DNA of 30,150 nt, taken from positions 1 to 30,150 of the forward strand of contig NIVC01002419.1 of assembly GCA_002269645.1 (NCBI GenBank). Direction: 5' to 3'. Positions 1 through 23,070 of this stretch are shown here, piece by piece. The DNA is from Macrostomum lignano (taxonomy: Eukaryota). Position 1 is the stretch's first letter. The number at the start of each line of letters is the position of its first letter. Position numbers and translations under genes: made by a program. The notes below the pieces were generated by a model. The model was given only the letters and a program-made list of their open reading frames with translations. It was not told where the DNA came from and searched no databases.

Positions 1-200
1 CCCAGTAGCCTTTCTCGGGCTTGAAGACTTCGTGTAGGTCCGGGTTTGGATGAGATGTGAGCCTGTCCTGAGTAAAGGCGGGGCAGTCATAGATGAAGTG
101 CTCCGCATTCTCAATACCGGAAAGGCAGATGGACGGATTTCCCCTGATGCCAGTGAATCATGACCTGAGAGACTCATTGGTCGTATGCTCGATCATATAC
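1..200 (-). mobile_element. Degenerate 3' fragment of a non-LTR retrotransposon (LINE) ORF2, zinc-knuckle region
   Basis: The minus strand reads GIRGNPSICLSGIENAEHFIYDCP, resembling the C-terminal Cx..ExxxHxxxxCP motif of LINE ORF2. It is preceded by an in-frame stop and followed by a frameshifted FTQDRL...DLHEVFKPE segment. Confidence 0.4.
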
Positions 201-218
201 CGCCTGCGAATTCGCACC

Positions 219-583
219 TTTTTTTTTTTTATTAGAGGCAGGGGGGTTGTGTGCACCCTGGCGCACTTTAAGCGACATTGGCACACAACCGGCGAGAGGC
301 ATTACTGCCCATTCCGCCGATCCCCTGAGCAGGCATACAAGTGTGCGGATACGTACGCAGGCACACACTCACACAGGAGTGTACAGCGGCCCTAACTTTA
401 TATTATCGTTAGGCATGTACACTTCACTGCGCCTTGGGGGTTGGCTCTCAAGGCCGTTAATTGCACGAGCAGAGCCAAGCCGAGATTCCAATTCAGCCCC
501 AAATTAATGTGACTGCACTTGGAATCGAGCCTGGGTCGCTGGCACACCAGAGCAGCTGCGCTACCGCTGGGCTACGGCCCCCC
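219..583 (-). mobile_element. tRNA-derived SINE, family B, full-length copy
   Basis: Minus strand: GGGGCCGTAGCCCAGCGGTAGCG (A box), GGCTCGATTCC (B box), ~300-nt body and an A-rich tail (T run at 219-230). A close homologue lies at 20806-21155. TCGCACCT at 212-219 and 589-596 is a candidate target-site duplication. Confidence 0.75.
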
Positions 584-1744
584 TAAGGTCGCACCTAAGA
601 TGGAGCCCAACTAAACCTGACTAAAACTCCTAAACTCATGCATATATTCAATCTTGGAATCTTTGAGAATTCATTCAAATACGGACACTACTCGCAGACG
701 ACGGCTAACCTCCAAGACACAGATAGTGTACCTGCCGAGCAATTAGAAAGTCAGGGCGGCTGTGCACCCTGTTGGAGGGTGTGCCAGCTTACGTGCGCAA
801 TGGTTCGGCGAAATGACAGCTAGCAGAGCCGCTAGTAAACTAACATTAACTAGCTAACTACAACCCCCTTGTGTCTCGAAACTTCAGAAGGCTCTCCGCA
901 TCAATCTTTTTATTCGCTACCGTCCGAATGAAGGCTGCATTAAGTGACGCTAAGGTTCCGGCTTCCGGGGAGAGCGGAAGCGGCACAGGAGGGGCTGAGC
1001 GGACTCGGCAGCTCAAAAGTAGTTATTCCTCCTCTCCTGCCGTCTCTAGGGGTGGGCGTGGCTTGCTTCGGAATGGCGGAAGATAGCCTGGAGAAACATG
1101 GAATTATGGGAGTTATGAGCTAGGCTATGGCCTCAGCCGCAAGTATAGAGGCCGTTGTTTTTTCCCAGAACAGTCATGTCTGCTTCAATTTGGTCAGACT
1201 ATCTGTTCTTTACCAGATTACTCGGATTAATTCCGCACTTCATCCCTATAAATGCGGTCTTTTTTCTTATCAGCGCAGGCGCGTTAGGCCTTGAAACACA
1301 GGAGCAAGGGGCATTAGTCCGTTATGTGGGAAATTAGATTTCTGTGACATGAAGAGGGCAGACCGGTCTCGAGTGCCGGTTCGATGGCGCACGGTTGATC
1401 AGGTTCGATGGTGAAAACTGCTCCAGAGAGATGGAGCGCGGAGGCTGAGACGCTAATTAAATCGGCCCGAGCTTTCACCTCCGCACTGGGCTATTCCCGG
1501 CCGCCTCCCACGGCAGGCCAATCGATCATTGAAGCCTCGGCTGCCGGTTCTCGGCGCATGTGAAAAATGTCCCGTCTATTCTATCTGTTTGCTTTTTGCT
1601 GCACGATTTTTATCACCTGAAGTGTAGTTAGGGAGAGGTGACACGAAAAAGTACGAGAGTACTCCACTGTGTGCACTGCTCAAGGACTGAAAGGCATCGC
1701 GATTGCTCCTAAATTCTGTGTATTACAAGTAGCTTCTAATATCG

Positions 1745-1921
1745 GGTGTAAAGAAGACCAAGATTAGGTGTTAATAGGACCCAAGATCAGGCGTAAATAG
1801 GACCCAAGATCAGGCGTAAATAGGACCAAAGATCAGGTGTAAATAGGACTCAGATCAGGTGTTAATAGGACCCAAGATCAGCCGCAAATAGGACTCAGAT
1901 CCGGTGTTAATAGGACCCAAA
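1745..1921. repeat. 23-bp minisatellite (AATAGGACCCAAGATCAGGCGTA), about 7 copies
   Basis: TAGGAC recurs with a period of ~23 nt directly upstream of the first SLC4A11-like exon. Confidence 0.85.
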
Positions 1922-2072
1922 AGCCAGTGCAATAAAGGCCCACTGCTTGAACAAGGCTGTGAAAAATCGTTCACCGCAAACTGCAGGCCGTACGGCAAGT
2001 TTCGGATTCGAGAAAGCTCAGCATCAGCAGCAGCAGCAGCTGCAGTTCCGTCAGCAGCATAACAGCAGATCT

Positions 2073-16549
<14,477 letters not shown>

Positions 16550-17045
16550 CCTCAGATGACCTGCCAGCAGAGACTAATATTGATTCATTGAAAACCCTAT
16601 GCTGTTCAACTAACTTTGACCGCAAGTCGGCAAGCACAATGAGTTTCTGCTTTTTTCAGTTTGAAATTGCACGCAATGATTTTAGATATTTTCTCGACTT
16701 TCTCGCACATATTTATTGCGCTATTAGTCTTAGTAGAGAGCCAAGCACAGTCTTTATTGATGTTATACTTTATAACGGTGTTTACTGTACCCAGAGGTCG
16801 CAATATTTCTTAACTCTGCGGAATCTCATTTAAATTTTCCACTTTCCTACTAATAGTAGCTTGCGAATTCGTCCTAGGGCAGAAACAAACGAGCTGTCCT
16901 CGCTGGAACGCTGAATACTCGTAAGACAATGTTTAATTTGAAAATGAAACTGCGAAATTCAAAATTGTTGAGCTGCTTTATCTTTGCAAAGCAATTGTCG
17001 AAAGCCTCCTTTTGCTTCATTTACTTTACTTTCATTGAATTCGTA

Positions 17046-17500
17046 TGGGTTAGATTAGCAATCCATTCTATTCCTGCATCCTTGTGGGCTAGATTAGCAA
17101 TCCATTCTGTTCCTGCATCCTTGTGGGCTAGATTAGCAATCCATTCTATTCCTGCATCCTTGTGGGCTAGATTAGCAATCCATTCTATTCCTGCATCCTT
17201 GTGGGCTAGATTAGCAATCCATTCTATTCCTGCATCATTGTGGGCTAGATTAGCAATCCATTCTATTCCTGCATCATTGTGGGCTAGATTAGCAATCCAT
17301 TCTATTCCTGCATCCTTGTGGGCTAGATTAGCAATCCATTCTATTCCTGCATCCTTGTGGGCTAGATTAGCAATCCATTCTATTCCTGCATCCTTGTGGG
17401 CTAGATTAGCAATCCATTCTATTCCTGCATCCTTGTGGGCTAGATTAGCAATCCATTCTATTCCTGCATCCTTGTGGGCTAGATTAGCAATCCATTCTAT
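17046..17500. repeat. 39-bp minisatellite (TGTGGGCTAGATTAGCAATCCATTCTATTCCTGCATCCT), about 12 copies
   Basis: Near-identical tandem units with no spacers. Confidence 0.96.
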
Positions 17501-18148
17501 GATTTCATAACCATTGTCCGGGTTGCCATGCAATCAGCTATAAAAACAAGAGCAGTACTCCAATTTACCATAGACAGCAAGTTGATGTTCGAAGATGAAC
17601 CGATTTTGCCGATATTTAAAGCACCAGATAAAGCTGATAGGCATTGAATAAAAAGGACAATTTGCTCAGCAAGTCAACGAGGCCCCAACGAGGATGCCGC
17701 CAGCTTCGCAGCAGACGATTCTGTTCGGCAGGTACGACCTGCTAGCTAAAAGCGACCTCTTCAAGCGGAACTACGGAACTGACTTCGCTGGCTTCAGTCT
17801 ACAGAGTAGGCGGCCTGGAATTCTCCATGCCGGAGTCAGTCCGGCTCTGTGAGTAGCTCATGCAGCTAATAATTGTTGGTTTCTGAAGGAGAACTTCTGA
17901 ACTTCTTGAAAAACTTCCGTTTTGGGACCCAACTGGTTATTTTTAAGTACCTGATAGACACCTCATACCAAGCTTGCTGTTTGCTGTTTGCAAACGGAAA
18001 AGTCCATCTGCTTTCTACTTTTGTACACTCCTAGAAACCCTTGGTCCGATGACAACGGTACCAAGCCCAAGAAGCGTCCCAGAATCACTTGGGTCACCCC
18101 ATAATTGTTTCAGAGTCAATGCAGGTAACACAGGTAAAACTTGAAAGA

Positions 18149-18866
18149 AGTGACTCTATACGACTCTCAAATGACGAGATGTCACGGTAAAAGTCGCCAA
18201 AAAGTCGTCAAAGAATCGCCTAAGAGTAAATTTAAGGAGTTTTATTGTCTGCGACTCTGAAACGACTCTAAGACCTAGTGGGTAGAGCGTCGGACTCGTG
18301 ACTGAAATGTTGGGGTTCGATTCTCGACCTACGAGGAACAATCTGTGTCCAATCAAGCAAGACACTCAACTCTGCATTGCTTCAGTTCACCCAGCTGTAA
18401 AGTGGGTGCCAGCATTAGCTGGGGTAATTGAGGATGTGTGCGGCGACCCCCCAGTCCTTGGACTGAACAGCCGTACGCAGCCTTCAGATGCGCCGCGCAA
18501 TAGCTGCGGCTGAGCTGTCGGTTGCATGCATATCTGCCCACTAGAGCAGGTTTAATCAGTTATTATTATTGTTTTTTATTAGAATCGCTGTAAAATCAAT
18601 GAGGTGCGTCTAAGCGCATCTGCGTCACGTTATGCACTACTTCGTAGACTCGCATTTTGAATTTATAAACCCTGTTTAGTCTACTTGCGTTAGTAGAAGT
18701 TAAGCGCCAACACGAAGACTCTTAGACGACTTTTTCGCGACTGTTTTACATTTCTACAACTTACCTGATGCGCTCACGACTCAACAGTCGCCTCGCCGTC
18801 ACATTACATTCGTTTGAGTGGTTAAAAAGTCATAGGAGTCGTATCAGAATCGCTAGAGTAGTCACT
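18149..18866. mobile_element. Degenerate inverted-repeat (MITE/foldback-like) element containing a nested SINE
   Basis: Left arm AGTGACTCTATACGACTCTCAAA...AAAAAGTCGTC (18149-18209) is imperfectly inverted in the right arm GACGACTTTTT...TTTGAG...GAGTCGTAT...AGTCACT (18725-18866). Confidence 0.45.
18275..18580 (+). mobile_element. CORE-like SINE family A copy
   Basis: GTGGGTAGAGCGTCGGACTCG head, GGTTCGATTC B box, CORE-like segment, the same 3' body and a TTA tail. Confidence 0.85.
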
Positions 18867-19048
18867 AGTGAGTTGTTTGCTAGGACTCTAGAAATTCTTT
18901 TCACGGTTACGTTTTAAGCGGGTAACCTAACTACTGGTTTGACTTTCTTTCTCTAGACTGAAACTACTAACAGTAGCGTAAAAGCAAATCTGCAAATCAC
19001 GTAATTCTACCCCGATAATGAGCCCTGATAAATCGCAAGTTCAGTCAG

Positions 19049-19217
19049 AAGGTGCGCCTTGCCCGCAGCCTGTCCAAAGTGTTCGACGCGCTGGGCTTCG
19101 TCCGCTTCGACGAGGAGCAGCAGACGGACTCGGACGACTTCGCTCTGGCCCGGATGACGGGCACGGGCCGGTTGAACATGCTGTGCCTGACCTCTGCCAA
19201 GTTCGGCTTGTCGCTGA
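19049..19217 (+). CDS. TTLL10: TTLL10-like exon (N-terminal subdomain)
   Basis: SLSKVFDALGFVRF...DDFAL...LTSAKFGL resembles the TTL-family xWxR...LxxKxGL region; A|GTGAGG donor; acceptor choice uncertain. Confidence 0.65.
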
Positions 19218-21597
19218 GTGAGGACCGTACAGTTTCCATACAGTGTTTAATTGCTCATAGATAAACTTAAGGCGTGGTTAATCGCGAACTCGGATGTGTC
19301 GCGTCATTGAGCAACAAGGAATGTGAAATTCCCCCTGTTTGGAGGAGTTGTAACAAGCTGTTTTGGTAGTGTAGCTCAGTATTGTAAGAGTTCAAAGTAG
19401 GGATTTGCCACCGTTGATAAGTATTGTGCTGATACTTTATAATGCGAATATAAATTGTGTAGTAATCATGCTATCGACGCTAAATTAACTTCCCTGCAAG
19501 GCTAAAGCTTGTTAACTCAATCTGCTTGCACCCTGACCGGCAGGCGGCCCAGAATTTCTAGTGATTCGGCCCTATGTGCATCGCATGTACTTCCTGTGCA
19601 ACAAATGGGAGCTGATTAAATCGATGAGGCAATCGGAGAAGCGAATGCGAACCAGCGCTCGAATTTACCTAACCGGTTCAGGCCGTGAGTTCACGCATCT
19701 GGAATTCACGCCGCCGACCATAAATTTGAACAATTGTCAGCTTGAACAGGTGCTCGGTAAATGCTTCTGACATAATATATGCTAATTGGCGCTCATTAGT
19801 GAATTAAGCATAATTAATTTGTAAGTTTTTTAAACTTCTTATTTGCATTTTAGTCGAACAGTCTGGGGTTTATCTTGCGAAGCCAGCCTGGTATGTTGCA
19901 TTTTTGAATGCCATTTGATTTATTTATGATTTATACTGCTGTCTGTCTGCTTGCTACTCAAGCTCACAAGAGCCGAAACTCACTGCAGCGGCCGCATGGG
20001 CCATCAGCAGCAGTTGGTTCGAATCCGTCCCGATTGCGTGCAAGGGGATTTGCTGGACTTTCTGCGCAGCAGTCAATTTCTGGAGATGAATCGCTCCCAG
20101 GTAATCTTGCAGCGCTACATTGAGCGGCCTCTGCTTGTTGACAACGAAAGTTTGATCTGCGAGTTTACCTGCTGGTGGTCAATGCAAGGCGGTACACTGT
20201 CAAAGGCTCGAAAATGAGGTCAGAACTGAATTTGTTGTGTTGGTTTTGTAACGGGTCTGTTGTTGTGTGATGGTTCTGTTGTTGTGTGACGGCTCTGTTG
20301 CTGTGTGACGGTTCTGTTGTTGTGTGACGGTTCTGTTGTTTTGTGACGGTTCTGTTGTTGTGTGACGGTTCTGTTGTTGTGTGACGGTTCTGTTGTTACT
20401 TTGATGGCTTTGTTGTTGTAACAGTTCTGCTGTTTCGCCGGTTCTGTTTGTCACAAAATAACCTACCGTTGTCATTTGTCTCTTCAGCACCGGCTACTTC
20501 ACCTTTCTTCATCCGGGTTTTCTCCGCCTGTGCACCGCCGTACAACCCAGACCACCCGGACTTGGCAGTTCACCTCACCAACCAGAGCGTTCAGGCCAAG
20601 CACACGCCCGATTTCGGCCAGCTGAAGGAGGTCACCACTTGGTATCCCGACGAGCTCAATGAATATTTAAACAGAAGGCATCGGCTGCCGCGGAAGGTGA
20701 GGGAGTGGGATAGCGGCTATCATGAGTTTGCGAAGCCACTGCCAGGCATTTTTACTATTTTTAACCCCTCCGCTCCTTGAACCTGTGCTGCTCCCTTAAC
20801 CTTCTTTTTAATTTTTTATTAGAGACTTTAAGCGACATTGTCACACAACCGGCGAGAGGCATTACTGCCTATTCCGCCGACTCCCAATCCCCTGAACAAG
20901 CGCACGGATACGTACGCAGTCATACGCACAGGCACACACTCACACAGGAGTGCACAGCGGCCCTAGTTTTATTTATCGTTAGGCATGTACACTTCATTGT
21001 GCCTTGGGGCTTGCCCTCAAGGTCGTTAATTTTTACAAGCAGAGCCAAGCCGAGATTCCAATTTAGCTCCAAATTAATGCAACTGCACTTGGAATCGAGC
21101 CTGGGCCGCTGGCACATCAGAGCGCCGCGCCAGACCACTTAGGTTACGGCACCCCTTCTCTTTGCCTTCAGTGTGCCTCCAACTCAAAACAATTGCTCGC
21201 ACAGGACTGGGCCAGAGACGAGCTCTACCCGAAAGTTGGCGCCATTCTGGGCTACGTGTCGGCCGTGTTTCGGCCCAAATTGGACGACCGCACCAGTTCA
21301 CTCAGCAACAGCTTCCGCATTATGGGCGTCGATTTTCTGGTTGACGAACAGCTTCGAGTCTACTTGCTTGAGTTCAACTCGCACCCGTCCTGGAGCCGGC
21401 AGACTTCGGTGCTGAATCAGCTGAAGCCGAGCCTGTGGCTCGAGGCTGCCTGTCTGACCAGCGAAACGCTGCTGCGATTCCAACGCAGACTGCCCGTCAG
21501 AGACGCCGAACTGGTCACGAGGCACAACTTTCGGCTCATCTATTCGTCTGAAGAGCCTCTGTTGGCCAGAAAAAATGTTGCGAAAATGTACGTATAG
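19049..21597 (+). CDS. TTLL10: TTLL10-like tubulin glycylase (TTL family); two apparent frameshifts; 5' exons unresolved
   Basis: Exons 19049-19217, 19544-19684, 19854-19890, 19989-20191, 20488-20696 and 21205-21597 have compatible phases. TTL motifs: LAKPA, VILQRYIERPLLVD, KFDLRVYLLV, PGFLRLC, DLAVHLTNQ, MGVDFLVD, YLLEFNSHP. The TTL family is secure; the TTLL10 subtype rests on recalled motif similarity (HLTNQ, LPxDW, C-terminal FxLI). Confidence 0.75.
19544..19684 (+). CDS. TTLL10: TTLL10-like exon
   Basis: GPEFLVIRPYVHRMYFL...; CAG acceptor, GTGAGT donor, phase 1/1. Confidence 0.7.
19854..19890 (+). CDS. TTLL10: TTLL10-like exon (YLAKPA)
   Basis: TTTTAG acceptor, GTATGT donor, conserved KP. 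Confidence 0.8.
19989..20191 (+). CDS. TTLL10: TTLL10-like exon with frameshift at ~20146
   Basis: QRYIERPLLVDN is in one frame and KFDLRVYLLVVNAR in the -1 frame. Confidence 0.8.
20240..20410. repeat. 19-bp minisatellite (GTGACGGTTCTGTTGTTGT), about 9 copies
   Basis: GTGACGG at 20286, 20305, 20324, ... Confidence 0.9.
20488..20696 (+). CDS. TTLL10: TTLL10-like exon with frameshift at ~20540
   Basis: TGYFTFLHPGFLRLCTA continues as YNPDHPDLAVHLTNQ in another frame. Confidence 0.8.
20806..21155 (-). mobile_element. tRNA-derived SINE family B copy
   Basis: Collinear with 219-583 (for example AGCAGAGCCAAGCCGAGATTCCAATT), with B box, T-rich tail and a short internal deletion near the tail. Possible TSD CCTTCT. 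Confidence 0.8.
21205..21597 (+). CDS. TTLL10: TTLL10-like terminal exon
   Basis: DWARDELYPKV...FRIMGVDFLVDEQLRVYLLEFNSHPSW...HNFRLIYS...MYV-TAG. Confidence 0.88.
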   Translation, partial: DWARDELYPKVGAILGYVSAVFRPKLDDRTSSLSNSFRIMGVDFLVDEQLRVYLLEFNSHPSWSRQTSVLNQLKPSLWLEAACLTSETLLRFQRRLPVRDAELVTRHNFRLIYSSEEPLLARKNVAKMYV

Positions 21598-22287
21598 TCA
21601 AAGGTGAACAGGTAACTGCTTGAAGACAGACCCAGCATGGGATACTCGGACTTGGAAAAATGTTTTATAGCAAACACTGTATGAAATCAATACAAGCATC
21701 CAAAATGATGCCGACAAGAGCTTGACGTGATGGCTATTAAATATAAAAAAACAAACTGTATGCTGGAAAAAAGTTGGAAAAAGAAACTCACTGAGCATAT
21801 TTTTCAGTAAGTTTTTCATCCTCAGATTGTCGGATGCTATGCTAGCTACGCTTCTGTAAAAGTCTTTATTGCTGACTAAAAAACATGCAATATACGCTGA
21901 TACATATTTGTTTTTATCAAATTGCTATAAAATATACAAGAGACTGTAGAATCTGGTTTCAAACCAAGAATTTTGTGAGCTATATAGCATCCTTGACTCT
22001 CTTTGAAAGTTATCGATAAAACCCGAGATCGATTGACATCTATGACAACTTCTCCATGATGCCGACAGAGACCGACATACAAAAAAGCCTGTGTAAATTT
22101 TCAGTTCACTCCCATCCTCGTCGCCACTGTAACAAAGTCTGTTTGGCTTGCAGAGAGAAAAATTAGAGCCGGCCAAGCCTAGCTCTCTCAATACATACCA
22201 GTTTATTTTCCAGCCTGACTAGGCTGACCAATCAGCCGCTACCTCTGGCGTGTTCGCGCTCTAGAGTACGCACATGCGCGAGTACAA

Positions 22288-22290
<3 letters not shown>

Positions 22291-22348
<58 letters not shown>

Positions 22349-22355
22349 GAGAGAG
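22291..22355. repeat. (GA)n tract, i.e. (CT)n 3' tail or target of the Penelope element
   Basis: Direct reading; abuts the 3' pLTR. Confidence 0.95.
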
Positions 22356-22924
22356 GAGGGCGCCTCCAATCTCAGGCACGGACGCGGTACATGTAAAAAG
22401 GACAAACAAGTCAAGATGATTTAAGTTGCCGATATTTCGAATTAGGTAAATTCTTCGTCAGGGCAAATGAAAAGTAGCGACAAGTGGTGTTGTAAAAGTT
22501 ATTAAATAGGCGGGTTAGAGGGGAGAGAGAGTAGGCAGGTAGATAGAGAGCGTACGGTATGTACACTTGGTGTGAGTCGATAAAACACTATTAGAGTTGA
22601 AAATGCAAAATAAAAAACAGTGCACAAATAAAGTGAACCGCACGTGGGCTGCAGCGATCCTACACACGAAATAAATAATGGAATAGTGCGACTGCACCGG
22701 TGTCTAAAAAGGGGAAAGAGTGACTCTAAGCACTTTACAAAATTGACCTCAATAAATAAATAAGCAGTAAATCAATAAATAAATAAATAAGGTGAAAGGC
22801 CCTCAAAAACTTAAAAAAGAGCAATTGTACGATAAGCAAAAGAGTAAAAGTAAAAAGTGTAATAAAAAGTACAGGGTGTCAAGAAACAATAGAAATGTTG
22901 ATGCAGAATAAATGCTGAGAATAT
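22330..22924 (-). repeat. 3' pseudo-LTR of the Penelope element
   Basis: Identical by eye to 27542-28136; the two 60-aa ORF calls 22515..22697 and 27727..27909 are also identical. Confidence 0.95.
22426..22466 (-). ncRNA. Minimal type I hammerhead ribozyme (3' pLTR copy)
   Basis: Minus strand UUGCC-CUGACGA-A-GAAUU-UACCU-AAUUC-GAAA-UAUC-GGCAA: stem I UUGCC/GGCAA, core CUGANGA and GAAA, stem II GAAUU/AAUUC, palindromic stem III AUAU, AUC cleavage triplet. Confidence 0.85.
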
Positions 22925-23070
22925 ACAAAAGCTGTGCTTGGGCTAGCGATGAGAATAAAAAAATTTCTAAGAAAGGAGCAACAAAAGGCTTGGTAGGTAC
23001 CGGCACGGTCTGACAAAGGTAAGTAGAAGGGAAAGTGAAGTAAAAAATCAAAAGGAAAAAATACAAAAAT

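Noticed and set aside
1947-2072. Upstream extension of the first SLC4A11 exon in the ORF track
   Set aside because: It starts at TTG within the repeat-adjacent region; the first ATG is at 2073 and nothing supports the extension.
16929-17533. ORFs on both strands with 13-aa repeats; superficial CRISPR-like periodicity
   Set aside because: A 39-bp tandem repeat with no spacers; the context is eukaryotic and the open frames follow from the unit length being a multiple of 3.
17586-18135. Exon-like segments upstream of TTLL10
   Set aside because: Splice signals are present, but I could not build a unique ATG-initiated, phase-consistent chain or find family motifs, so they are not annotated as CDS.
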